A DNA stretch of 48,291 nt, filler included, from an uncultured virus (IMG/VR IMGVR_UViG_2622736406_000002) (5 parts of one record of this genome joined end to end with filler, not necessarily neighbours in it); one strand, 5' to 3'; numbered from the whole stretch's first letter, positions 1 through 9,420 are shown. Numbers and translations are program-made. Notes: generated by a model not told the origin, from the sequence alone.

Positions 1-327
1 CTATTTTTTATCCTTATAGCCTGTTCTCTCCCAGATCTCCTTCAGCCGCTCCCATCCATCCATAGATACCAGGGCCACGATAAACGCTGCCAGAATACTG
101 GCAAATATCATATACCACTGAATAGGCTGATCCAGCCAAGCCATGGCCGCCACCAGAACTGCCGGACAGAGAATCAGGCTCAGAACAAGCACCACCGCCG
201 AGGTGGGCAGCTTGGAAAGTCCCGGCCAGCTCTTAATTACCTGGGTGATTGCCGATACTAAAAAGGCCATCACGCCGATCGCGATCAGTCCATAGGATAT
301 ATACTGCATCAAGGTTGTAACATCCAT
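1..327 (-). CDS. Holin-like multi-TM membrane protein (108 aa), outside the att site so probably chromosomal
   Basis: MDVTTLMQYISYGLIAIGVMAFLVSAITQVIK..., three hydrophobic segments and a basic C-terminus. True start is ATG 325-327 after a purine-rich RBS, not the ORF-track start at 672. Confidence 0.7.
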   Translation of the reverse strand: MDVTTLMQYISYGLIAIGVMAFLVSAITQVIKSWPGLSKLPTSAVVLVLSLILCPAVLVAAMAWLDQPIQWYMIFASILAAFIVALVSMDGWERLKEIWERTGYKDKK

Positions 328-477
328 CTGCTTTTCCTCTCTTTTTTCCTTAGTATATTGAGATGCCGGGCAGAGCGCTCCTGTGACAGTATCCTCAACG
401 CTGCAGGAGGGACCGACAGCCTGCGGCGCGCTGCGAAACAGGGAGGTTTTCATACGATTTCGCCAGATACGCAAAAA

Positions 478-515
478 CCCTTGTAAATACAGGAAAAATC
501 CAGTATTTACAAGGG
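478..515. terminator. Inverted repeat downstream of the tRNA 3' fragment
   Basis: cccttgtaaatac (478-490) pairs with gtatttacaaggg (503-515). Confidence 0.5.
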
Positions 516-526
516 CAAAAGAAAAA

Positions 527-550
527 AGCTGCTGACGGGAATCGAACCCG
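527..550 (-). other. Prophage att core: 3' end (T-arm plus acceptor strand) of a tRNA, probably tRNA-Thr
   Basis: Minus strand reads CGGGTTCGATTCCCGTCAGCAGCT, a T-loop plus acceptor 3' strand with no 5' half upstream. It lies just beyond the endolysin. Confidence 0.75.
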
Positions 551-585
551 CCGAAAAGCCTTGTAAAATCAAGGCCTGACGGGTG

Positions 586-608
586 TCGTGTTGCATTTCG
601 TGTTGCAT
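586..608. repeat. Tandem 11-bp direct repeat, candidate integrase arm-type sites
   Basis: tcgtgttgcat at 586-596 and 598-608, about 35 bp inside the att core. Confidence 0.5.
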
Positions 609-673
609 AGACAGATATATTTCCGAGGATGGTACAATATTTTAAAATATTTCCAAACAAGGCGGTGGACAAT

Positions 674-1504
674 CTACCGCCTTACATATTTATGTTCTTC
701 AAAATCATACTCTCCCACAATCCTCAGAACTCCCCTCTCATCTGTTACCATACACTGTCCCTCATGGATACCTTTATCCGGGCAGAGAAAGAATCTTTCG
801 CCTGCCGGATCTGTCTGATAACCGGTCAGCATGTAGCCGGCATCGTCAAACAGGTACCAGCCAGATGTGCCGCCGGTTGCTTCGGTCAGCCAGTACCAGC
901 CGTTTCTGGCGTAAGAGCCATCTTTAAACTGATACCACCAGCGTATGCCATCAGCGGCCTGGATGAAACCCTGAGGATATTCCTTCGGAGCTGTGGCTGT
1001 CAGCGCTGCCTTGAAGGCCTCCCAGGTATGAGCTGTGTGGTTGTAGACGTAAGGATTCGGGCAAATTTTCCCTGTTACGTCGTAGTGGCGGATCACACGT
1101 TCTGCCGGAACGCCGTACTTTTCCATCAGCTCCCTGGTCAGCTCAATAGCAGCCGTTACCGTGGCTTCCTCAAAGTACCAGTCCCGGCTGTCCGCCGCCT
1201 GGCTGCCCTTATTCCGAACACACAACTCCATGCCGATACTGTTGGAGTTGCGGCATTCCGGATGCCGGTAGCTTTTTGCCCCGCAGTGCCAGGCAATATC
1301 ACCATCCTCCACGCTCTGCCAGATCTCTCCGTTAAACCCTACATAGTAGTGGGCACTGGCCCCGATATATTTGCTGGCATAGTACCGGCAGTTTGCTTCC
1401 GCCCCGCCGGTGGCCCCGACATAATGGATCACGATGTATTTGATACGGCTGGTATCGCCCAATCGGTTAAGATTGTAAGGAGTCAGCAGTTTGTTAATCT
1501 GCAT
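674..1504 (-). CDS. Endolysin: N-acetylmuramoyl-L-alanine amidase (Amidase_2) with C-terminal cell-wall-binding repeats
   Basis: YIVIHY, ASAHYYVG, AWHCG, SIGMELC and RHYDVTGKICP motifs; WYLFDDAGYMLTG-type repeats; RBS GAAAGGAGG before ATG 1504. Confidence 0.92.
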   Translation of the reverse strand: MQINKLLTPYNLNRLGDTSRIKYIVIHYVGATGGAEANCRYYASKYIGASAHYYVGFNGEIWQSVEDGDIAWHCGAKSYRHPECRNSNSIGMELCVRNKGSQAADSRDWYFEEATVTAAIELTRELMEKYGVPAERVIRHYDVTGKICPNPYVYNHTAHTWEAFKAALTATAPKEYPQGFIQAADGIRWWYQFKDGSYARNGWYWLTEATGGTSGWYLFDDAGYMLTGYQTDPAGERFFLCPDKGIHEGQCMVTDERGVLRIVGEYDFEEHKYVRR

Positions 1505-1805
1505 CGTCGATCCCTCCTTTCCGTCCGGGCCCATCGCATCCGGGTGAATGGCTGCCTGGAANNNNNNNNNNNNNNNNNNNNNNNNNNNNNNNNNNNNNNN
1601 NNNNNNNNNNNNNNNNNNNNNNNNNNNNNNNNNNNNNNNNNNNNNNNNNNNNNNNNNNNNNNNNNNNNNNNNNNNNNNNNNNNNNNNNNNNNNNNNNNNN
1701 NNNNNNNNNNNNNNNNNNNNNNNNNNNNNNNNNNNNNNNNNNNNNNNNNNNNNNNNNNNNNNNNNNNNNNNNNNNNNNNNNNNNNNNNNNNNNNNNNNNN
1801 NNNNN

Positions 1806-1878
1806 CTTCCCTGACCTCCTCCTGAAGTTCGGCAAACCACTTATCGCCAAGGTCTGCCCTCTGCATACTCTTTACCAT
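1806..1878 (-). CDS. N-terminus of a small hypothetical lysis-region protein (runs into gap)
   Basis: RBS AAAGGAG followed by MVKSMQRADLGDKWFAELQEEVRE. Confidence 0.45.
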
Positions 1879-1934
1879 ATAGGCTCCTTTCCGGGAGGCC
1901 CCAAGGCCTCCCTCCATAAGTTCCGACGTCGCAA

Positions 1935-2210
1935 CTATTTTCCCGGGCCGGCCGGGGTGTTGCCCTGTCCTTCCGCCGCTGGGCCGGCGGGAGTGTTTCC
2001 CTGTCCCTCAGCTCCAGGACCGACTGGAGTATTTCCCTTTCCTTCCAATCCGGGGCCTACGGGAGTATTTCCCTTGCCCTCCAGTGCCGGCCCCTCGGCC
2101 GGACCGTCGCAGCTGCAGGCTCCGGCCATCTCCGCTGTGATGTGGGTGCCTGGCGCCTCCTGATTAAAGGTTCCGTCCTTGTGTAATTCGCAGTGATTTT
2201 TCTTGCTCAT
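1935..2210 (-). CDS. Small Gly/Pro-rich protein with four 12-aa tandem repeats
   Basis: RBS AAGGAGG; GPxxEG(K/Q)GNTP(V/A) four times, encoded by 36-bp repeats. Confidence 0.7.
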   Translation of the reverse strand: MSKKNHCELHKDGTFNQEAPGTHITAEMAGACSCDGPAEGPALEGKGNTPVGPGLEGKGNTPVGPGAEGQGNTPAGPAAEGQGNTPAGPGK

Positions 2211-2238
2211 AATGAGTCCTCCTTAAAATTGATATTTG

Positions 2239-2265
2239 AAAAGGCCGCCCGGGTGGGCAGCCTTT
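2239..2265 (-). terminator. Hairpin/intrinsic terminator after the holin
   Basis: Minus strand AAAGGCTGCCC-ACCC-GGGCGGCCTTTT. Confidence 0.55.
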
Positions 2266-2334
2266 GTCATACTGGTTGAATGTGCTCCGGATCACCCGCC
2301 GAAGCTGCGGGAGATGAATGGATCACCTCCTCTC

Positions 2335-2595
2335 CTACTTCCTGAGCTGCTTTGCTGCCTGATTGATCCCCGTAGCCGCCAAGCCAGACACAATACCGAT
2401 GGCCGCCGCATTGATCACGTCCTGGGCTGGAAAATCCGGCATAATAAACATTCCGGCCACTCCCAGCGCTGCGCCGGCACAGCCGCAGGCCACGGGAATC
2501 ACCTCATTCTTTACCTTCTCAGATGCCTTCATCCCCATTCCGGCCAGATAACAGATGACCGTAATTCCAGCTACACTTGCGATTCCAAAATCCAT
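2335..2595 (-). CDS. Phage holin
   Basis: 86 aa, three TM segments, AIGIVSGLAATGINQ motif, upstream of the endolysin. Confidence 0.88.
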   Translation of the reverse strand: MDFGIASVAGITVICYLAGMGMKASEKVKNEVIPVACGCAGAALGVAGMFIMPDFPAQDVINAAAIGIVSGLAATGINQAAKQLRK

Positions 2596-2610
2596 AAGCT
2601 CCTCTCCTTC

Positions 2611-2895
2611 CTATCTGAAAAATATTGCTCCAATGGCTCCGGCTGCCGCTCCGATAAGCCCGGTGATCAGGCTCTCCCAGTGGGCTCCCGGCTTGGCCTT
2701 CAGTTCTGCCACATCCTTTTTCACCTCCCCCACATTCTCACTCAGATGCCGAATCTCCGCCGTCTGTGCAACCATCTGCTGTGCCAGACTGTGAACGGCG
2801 TCCACAATCTGCTCCACCTCGTCCATCCGGTGCTTCAGGGAGCCGATCTCGTTGTGATGCCGCTCCAGGGCTACTTCAATCTCCGTCTGTGTCAC
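2611..2895 (-). CDS. XhlA-like coiled-coil plus C-terminal TM lysis accessory protein
   Basis: GTG start after AGGAAAGGAGG; HHNEIGSLKHRMDEVE coiled coil and a C-terminal TM segment; directly before the holin. Confidence 0.75.
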   Translation of the reverse strand: MTQTEIEVALERHHNEIGSLKHRMDEVEQIVDAVHSLAQQMVAQTAEIRHLSENVGEVKKDVAELKAKPGAHWESLITGLIGAAAGAIGAIFFR

Positions 2896-2949
2896 CTTCT
2901 GCCCTCCTTTCCTGCAAATTTTAGGTAAAAAAAACAGCATATACGTATC

Positions 2950-2978
2950 TTGCAATCAGAAAACGCATATGCTATAAT
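2950..2978 (+). promoter_or_regulatory. Sigma-A promoter for the antitoxin RNA
   Basis: TTGCAA-17 bp-TATAAT with extended -10 TG. Confidence 0.75.
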
Positions 2979-2983
2979 GCCAG

Positions 2984-3056
2984 TAGGCAAATGAAACAAG
3001 CTGTCCAGTACGGACACATACGAAAACACCCAGGGCGGCATCCCTGGGTGTTTTCT
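2984..3056 (+). ncRNA. Type I antitoxin sRNA (RNAII-like)
   Basis: About 70 nt between the promoter and the hairpin gaaaacacccaggg/ccctgggtgttttc (3022-3055). Carries aaatgaaacaagc, complementary to the toxin mRNA start region. Confidence 0.7.
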
Positions 3057-3103
3057 ATTCCTATTTTTCGTGGAAAGGCTTAAGTCCACAGGCTGGTTAC
3101 CGA

Positions 3104-3190
3104 CTACTTATCGCCGTCCAGCCATTTGATGATGTAGTGGCAGGCTACACCAGCCGCAACGGCGATGAGAAATGAAACAAGCATTTCCAA
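3104..3190 (-). CDS. Fst/Ldr-like type I toxin peptide (28 aa)
   Basis: MEMLVSFLIAVAAGVACHYIIKWLDGDK: single TM, conserved W, charged tail. RBS AGGAAGGGGG lies at the base of an upstream stem-loop. Confidence 0.8.
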   Translation of the reverse strand: MEMLVSFLIAVAAGVACHYIIKWLDGDK

Positions 3191-3269
3191 TACGAACACC
3201 CCCCTTCCTGTTGCCAGTATCGGGGCGGTAACAGGAGGAGTATACCATAAGTTTAGTTTCTGCGCTATC

Positions 3270-3392
3270 CTATTTTACCGGCAAAACACCTCGCCGTTCC
3301 AGCTCTTCTTTCACTTCTTCTCTGATTCTTTCCGGAACCTGTTCAAGTGTTCTCAGGCCCTTCTCAATCAAATCCGCATATACTTTAACCAC
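3270..3392 (-). CDS. CD1375/XkdX-like small tail-module protein (40 aa)
   Basis: MVKVYADLIEKGLRTLEQVPERIREEVKEELERRGVLPVK, RBS GGAGGT. Confidence 0.75.
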   Translation of the reverse strand: MVKVYADLIEKGLRTLEQVPERIREEVKEELERRGVLPVK

Positions 3393-3395
3393 GAT

Positions 3396-3675
3396 TTACA
3401 CCTCCATACTCTCGTACATTTCAGCAAGGGCAAGCTGCAGCTCGGTCGTTTTCCTCGCCTGCAGGTCGTGTTCCTGCTGGATTGCCATGAGCAGATCAAA
3501 ATCCTTGTAGGGGTATGTAGCAACCGAACCGTCCTCGTTTACCTGATGACAATAGCCTTTGATGACTGTATCGCACCAGCCGTTAAAATAATCGTCAGGC
3601 ACTTCGTATTCTGTGAGGACCTCGCCAGTATCATTGACGCGGACAGCCTGAATCTCGTGATTTTCATTTACATAA
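3396..3675 (-). CDS. C-terminal part of a tail-fibre-associated protein (start in gap)
   Basis: Open frame ending ...TTELQLALAEMYESMEV, typical of the gene preceding CD1375/XkdX genes. Confidence 0.6.
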
Positions 3676-4765
3676 ANNNNNNNNNNNNNNNNNNNNNNNN
3701 NNNNNNNNNNNNNNNNNNNNNNNNNNNNNNNNNNNNNNNNNNNNNNNNNNNNNNNNNNNNNNNNNNNNNNNNNNNNNNNNNNNNNNNNNNNNNNNNNNNN
3801 NNNNNNNNNNNNNNNNNNNNNNNNNNNNNNNNNNNNNNNNNNNNNNNNNNNNNNNNNNNNNNNNNNNNNNNNNNNNNNNNNNNNNNNNNNNNNNNNNNNN
3901 NNNNNNNNNNNNNNNNNNNNNNNNNNNNNNNNNNNNNNNNNNNNNNNNNNNNNNNNNNNNNNNNNNNNNNNNNNNNNNNNNNNNNNNNNNNNNNNNNNNN
4001 NNNNNNNNNNNNNNNNNNNNNNNNNNNNNNNNNNNNNNNNNNNNNNNNNNNNNNNNNNNNNNNNNNNNNNNNNNNNNNNNNNNNNNNNNNNNNNNNNNNN
4101 NNNNNNNNNNNNNNNNNNNNNNNNNNNNNNNNNNNNNNNNNNNNNNNNNNNNNNNNNNNNNNNNNNNNNNNNNNNNNNNNNNNNNNNNNNNNNNNNNNNN
4201 NNNNNNNNNNNNNNNNNNNNNNNNNNNNNNNNNNNNNNNNNNNNNNNNNNNNNNNNNNNNNNNNNNNNNNNNNNNNNNNNNNNNNNNNNNNNNNNNNNNN
4301 NNNNNNNNNNNNNNNNNNNNNNNNNNNNNNNNNNNNNNNNNNNNNNNNNNNNNNNNNNNNNNNNNNNNNNNNNNNNNNNNNNNNNNNNNNNNNNNNNNNN
4401 NNNNNNNNNNNNNNNNNNNNNNNNNNNNNNNNNNNNNNNNNNNNNNNNNNNNNNNNNNNNNNNNNNNNNNNNNNNNNNNNNNNNNNNNNNNNNNNNNNNN
4501 NNNNNNNNNNNNNNNNNNNNNNNNNNNNNNNNNNNNNNNNNNNNNNNNNNNNNNNNNNNNNNNNNNNNNNNNNNNNNNNNNNNNNNNNNNNNNNNNNNNN
4601 NNNNNNNNNNNNNNNNNNNNNNNNNNNNNNNNNNNNNNNNNNNNNNNNNNNNNNNNNNNNNNCCTTCCAACCAGTGTGATAATTCCTTTACTGTCTGCCA
4701 TTCTTCCATCCTTTCCCGGTCTGCGCCGTCCCTTTCCCGGCTTTACCGTCAAAACTTCTTATTAT

Positions 4766-5677
4766 CTACAAGATATACTGTCCGCCGTCTAATTTCCTGC
4801 TGCCGCTAAGCTCCCAGACACCATTCAGATACCGGTGCTTTGTCATGCTGCTTTCCGTCCCTGCCTGCCATTTCACAGCAGTCTGGATGCCTATCCTTTC
4901 CTGGACTTTTGCATCTTCCGATGCCTCCGCCCTGACAGACAAAGCCTCCCTGGTTTCTGCCTGTGCCTGCGCCTTTGATGCCATCCTGATTTCAGACGCT
5001 CCCGCCCGGATATCTGCCTTACCAGAAGCCTGGACACGCATCCTTACCGGATAAAAATCCAGCAGCTGGTTACTGTCATAACCGTTCAGTTTTCTCGTCC
5101 CATCCAGCGCCCATCTTCCATCCAGTTTCAAATGCCCTAGATTGTACCGTGGATAAAATCCAGTACTGAAGCGGACCGCATTCCCATATGAAATCGGAAC
5201 CAGATATACTCCCGAGTACCTTCCTCGCATCACCAGAATAATATGAGCAGGTATCATTTTAAACACCGTATCAAATAATCCCAGGATCATTGACGTATCC
5301 TGCTCTGAAATAGCTATCGTAACCTGGTAGTGATTATAATCACAGAGCACAGAAAAGTTCCCAGTTCCTACTGCCGACGCCAGAAGCTCCTTCAGCTTCG
5401 GCAATGTATACAGCGTCTGCATTCCCCACTGCAAAATTACCAGCTGCCTTCTTTCCTCCAAAGACTTACCATTATCAGGAATCTGCATGAGTGCTTCATA
5501 ATATGCCAGAGTTCTTTCGTCGCAGGTGGCAATAAAGCAGTTATCCGAGACCTGCTGCAGTGCTCCCTCGAAGCAGTCGGATGCCGCTCCATGAATCTTC
5601 ATCAGTTTCTGAAACTCCAAAATCGACCGGAAATACTCTGGTAACTGCCTCATTAATTCTTTCTCACTGCCCGCCAT
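4766..5677 (-). CDS. Baseplate/tail protein (DUF2313, XkdU/YmfQ-like)
   Basis: LPEYFRSILEFQKLM N-terminus, MIPAHI, LDGRWALDG repeats; follows baseplate J. Confidence 0.75.
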   Translation of the reverse strand: MAGSEKELMRQLPEYFRSILEFQKLMKIHGAASDCFEGALQQVSDNCFIATCDERTLAYYEALMQIPDNGKSLEERRQLVILQWGMQTLYTLPKLKELLASAVGTGNFSVLCDYNHYQVTIAISEQDTSMILGLFDTVFKMIPAHIILVMRGRYSGVYLVPISYGNAVRFSTGFYPRYNLGHLKLDGRWALDGTRKLNGYDSNQLLDFYPVRMRVQASGKADIRAGASEIRMASKAQAQAETREALSVRAEASEDAKVQERIGIQTAVKWQAGTESSMTKHRYLNGVWELSGSRKLDGGQYIL

Positions 5678-7525
5678 TGATGATCACCGTCCCTAGCACT
5701 GGAATCTGCTGAAGTTCTGCCGTTTCCGTCAGATGCAAATCTTCTGCCGCTCCATTGATTTTCACATTCGTCACATTGACAATCTCCGGAATCGCCATAA
5801 TGGCATAAATCATCCGTGAAAGGTACACAGACACCGGATACTGTACCTTGTGGGATTTCAGAGGAGAACCCCAGGAAGCACGTACCTCGCTGAGATAGTC
5901 CTNNNNNNNNNNNNNNNNNNNNNNNNNNNNNNNNNNNNNNNNNNNNNNNNNNNNNNNNNNNNNNNNNNNNNNNNNNNNNNNNNNNNNNNNNNNNNNNNNN
6001 NNNNNNNNNNNNNNNNNNNNNNNNNNNNNNNNNNNNNNNNNNNNNNNNNNNNNNNNNNNNNNNNNNNNNNNNNNNNNNNNNNNNNNNNNNNNNNNNNNNN
6101 NNNNNNNNNNNNNNNNNNNNNNNNNNNNNNNNNNNNNNNNNNNNNNNNNNNNNNNNNNNNNNNNNNNNNNNNNNNNNNNNNNNNNNNNNNNNNNNNNNNN
6201 NNNNNNNNNNNNNNNNNNNNNNNNNNNNNNNNNNNNNNNNNNNNNNNNNNNNNNNNNNNNNNNNNNNNNNNNNNNNNNNNNNNNNNNNNNNNNNNNNNNN
6301 NNNNNNNNNNNNNNNNNNNNNNNNNNNNNNNNNNNNNNNNNNNNNNNNNNNNNNNNNNNNNNNNNNNNNNNNNNNNNNNNNNNNNNNNNNNNNNNNNNNN
6401 NNNNNNNNNNNNNNNNNNNNNNNNNNNNNNNNNNNNNNNNNNNNNNNNNNNNNNNNNNNNNNNNNNNNNNNNNNNNNNNNNNNNNNNNNNNNNNNNNNNN
6501 NNNNNNNNNNNNNNNNNNNNNNNNNNNNNNNNNNNNNNNNNNNNNNNNNNNNNNNNNNNNNNNNNNNNNNNNNNNNNNNNNNNNNNNNNNNNNNNNNNNN
6601 NNNNNNNNNNNNNNNNNNNNNNNNNNNNNNNNNNNNNNNNNNNNNNNNNNNNNNNNNNNNNNNNNNNNNNNNNNNNNNNNNNNNNNNNNNNNNNAAGCGT
6701 CGCCTCTGAAGCAGTAGTAATTGTCACCAGCGCACCGATGGGAGCAACCCCATATCCATTGTCAGACGGCAGTTCCTCCCCATCCTCCGGGGGGCAGATC
6801 AGGTTCTGCACCTCCCTTACAGTAGCTGGAAGAGCCGGCTTCAAGTCATCTCCAAGAATACTGCACAGCACCGTGCCGCCTCCATTCCAAACCGGATACA
6901 CCTGTACAGCTCCCACACCCTCTATTGCCAAGATCTCATTTCGGTATGATGAAATATTTCCTCCAAACGCAGCCATGTCAAAAGAAGCCATATACCGGGA
7001 GCGCAGTGCTTCGTCCGTTTCCTCCTCCGTCCCAGATGAAAGAATCTCCCCGATCGAAGCCTCTGTCAGTCCCGGAACAGCCGTAATGGGAAGGATTCTG
7101 CCTGTATAGCTGTTTCCTATAACTCCTGTCTGGCTGCACAGCATTTCATAGCAATACTCTTCATCCGTTTCTGAAAGCATTTTCCCACTGATAAAAATCA
7201 CAGAATTAGCCCCATTGATTGTTTTAAATCGACTGCCTTCTGACACCGGAGCATCAAAAAATCCTTTCCGGACAGCTGCAGTGGCGCTTTTGCGAAAAAT
7301 ACCTCTGGTCTGGGCCAGTAAATCCAGCGCTTCTCCGACCGCCGTTTCCGGATACGCATTCTCCTGCACCTGTGCCAAACGCATATAAAGCCCTTCCAGA
7401 TACCACGCCACCGGCCCTACCGCCGTCTGGATGATACTTCCCTGCCTGGTATCTATCGACTTCGGCACCTGGGATAGCATCTCATTCTGGATCTTCTCCC
7501 TGGTATAACCGCTAAAATCAATCAC
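5664..7525 (-). CDS. Baseplate J/gp47 family protein (XkdT-like), gap-interrupted
   Basis: DTRQGSII, EETDEALRSRY, AFGGN and YPVWNGGGTV motifs. The C-terminus after the gap (DYLSEVRASW...QIPVLGTVIINGGQ) ends at 5664. Confidence 0.9.
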
Positions 7526-7894
7526 ACTCTCACCTCCTCCGAAAATGTTCCAAATACGGTTATCACATCAAAAGAAACGGCCATCCTGCCGCCGCCCAGA
7601 GCCGAAAATACAAAATTTTCTGCTGACAAGATTCGGTTATCTACTGAAAATGCATCCCGAATTCTCCTGGGAAGCTCGCTCACAATGTAGTCTGATTCTT
7701 CCCCTGGCAGATCTGCCAGCTCACATCCAAAATTGCTGTTATAAATCTGCCAGCGGTATCTCTCATTGGCAAGAATAATCTCTACTGCCTGTCGCATAGC
7801 AGGAAGCCCCGCATCCATTCCCGCGATCTGTTTTGATGTCCAGTCAATTAAAAAAGTAGTTGGTGGGCTTATCCGTATATTGAAGTTCCGTGCC
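7522..7894 (-). CDS. DUF2634/XkdS-like baseplate wedge protein (start in gap)
   Basis: AMRQAVEIIL...ERYRWQIY...FG.EL, SELPRRIRDA...DNRI. Confidence 0.82.
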
Positions 7895-8374
7895 NNNNNN
7901 NNNNNNNNNNNNNNNNNNNNNNNNNNNNNNNNNNNNNNNNNNNNNNNNNNNNNNNNNNNNNNNNNNNNNNNNNNNNNNNNNNNNNNNNNNNNNNNNNNNN
8001 NNNNNNNNNNNNNNNNNNNNNNNNNNNNNNNNNNNNNNNNNNNNNNNNNNNNNNNNNNNNNNNNNNNNNNNNNNNNNNNNNNNNNNNNNNNNNNNNNNNN
8101 NNNNNNNNNNNNNNNNNNNNNNNNNNNNNNNNNNNNNNNNNNNNNNNNNNNNNNNNNNNNNNNNNNNNNNNNNNNNNNNNNNNNNNNNNNNNNNNNNNNN
8201 NNNNNNNNNNNNNNNNNNNNNNNNNNNNNNNNNNNNNNNNNNNNNNNNNNNNNNNNNNNNNNNNNNNNNNNNNNNNNNNNNNNNNNNNNNNNNNNNNNNN
8301 NNNNNNNNNNNNNNNNNNNNNNNNNNNNNNNNNNNNNNNNNNNNNNNNNNNNNNNNNNNNNNNNNNNNNNNNNN

Positions 8375-9001
8375 CAGCTTCTGGATGATGGCGCTGACTG
8401 CCTTGTCATGGGGCCTGCCGGATTCAGAATAAATACCCAGCTCCTTTGCGATACTGGTACAGTCCCAGAGCTTCGGAACATCAGAAATCAAAGGAGCATT
8501 GACCGGATAACCAGAGTCAGAATAGATCCGGACTATCTCGGCGGCTATGTATTTGGAATCCACCCCGGCGTCATGGAGAGCTTCTTTGACGTTCTTGACC
8601 ATCATGTTGACAGAGGGGAGTTTCTCTTTCTTAGGTTTGTCTGGTTTCTGCTTAGGCATCTTATAGGAACCGGTCTTGCGGAGTGTTGGAAGAACTTCGT
8701 CTGCAATCCAATCCGTAAATGCTTCGGCGTTTGGTTTGTGGCTTTTAAATACCAGTTTATATACACCGCTTTCTGTAAGGAAATTCTCTCCTGCATTGTT
8801 CAGTTTTCGGAAGTCAATATCTTTGACATCCGAATTTTTAACCTTAATAACCTGCTTTTCATTCATCTTTACAGTTGCCATTCTTACTGCGCTTTCACCC
8901 AGTTCCAGACACTCTCCAACATGATACGGGTTAAACAGTACCTGTCCTTTAAGTTCAAATACTTCTACTTCATGCCCTTCAAAAATCATTAAATTGCTCA
9001 T
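8375..9001 (-). CDS. Bro-N domain antirepressor (3' end in gap)
   Basis: FEGHEVEV, FLTESGVYKLVFKSHKPNAEAFTDWIADEVLPTLRKTGSY (Bro-N signature). Confidence 0.88.
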
Positions 9002-9064
9002 GGTAAAATCTTCCTTTCGTTTAAATTTCTTGATTTTCCAGAAAGGCCATGCTATACTCAAACT

Positions 9065-9142
9065 GTACACAAAGTCCTTTCTGGATTTTGGTTCCTGAGC
9101 AATCACGTGTGTCGCCAAACTCAGCGTGACTGCTCTTTTTTT
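9065..9142 (+). ncRNA. Putative antisense RNA to the RHH-bro intergenic leader (sar-like)
   Basis: Plus-strand promoter TTGATT(9030-9035)-17-TATACT(9053-9058) with extended TG; hairpin gagcaatcacg/cgtgactgctc (9097-9135) followed by T7. Confidence 0.55.
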
Positions 9143-9264
9143 GTTTCCAGTTCTTTTTTCACAAGTTCTGTAACAATATCTGTTACTGTTCTGTCCTGAT
9201 TCAAAGCATAAATTTTTAATTTCTTATGCATATCATCATCTATTTTAACAGAAAGCATTTTCAA
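9121..9264 (-). CDS. Ribbon-helix-helix (Arc-like) regulator, 47 aa
   Basis: MKMLSVKIDDDMHKKLKIYALNQDRTVTDIVTELVKKEL...; RBS AAAGGAGG; promoter TTGACA(9319-9314)-18-TATAAT(9295-9290). Confidence 0.75.
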   Translation of the reverse strand: MKMLSVKIDDDMHKKLKIYALNQDRTVTDIVTELVKKELETKKEQSR

Positions 9265-9420
9265 TTTTCCATCCTCCTTTCAATTATTTATTATAATTCT
9301 TTTATAAATATTTTGTCAATAATATATTTATTGTTTTTAGTTTTTGTTTTTGGTTCTGTTTTATTTGATTTCTGTATCAATATATGTTATTCTATATATA
9401 TAATGAAAGGAGAGATAATC

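Noticed and set aside
527..550. Complete tRNA gene
   Set aside because: Only the T-arm and acceptor 3' strand are present; D and anticodon arms are absent.
629..1825. Long antisense ORFs (e.g. 629-1825 +, 2236-2928 +, 40814-41938 -, 44311-45087 -)
   Set aside because: Shadows of well-supported genes on the opposite strand, with no recognisable motifs.
2320..2331. 16S rRNA 3'-end fragment (GGATCACCTCCT)
   Set aside because: No flanking rRNA sequence; better read as an SD on the opposite strand.
3676..4701. Diversity-generating retroelement or invertible tail-fibre locus
   Set aside because: The tail-fibre region is in a gap; no reverse transcriptase, invertase or template/variable repeat pair is visible.
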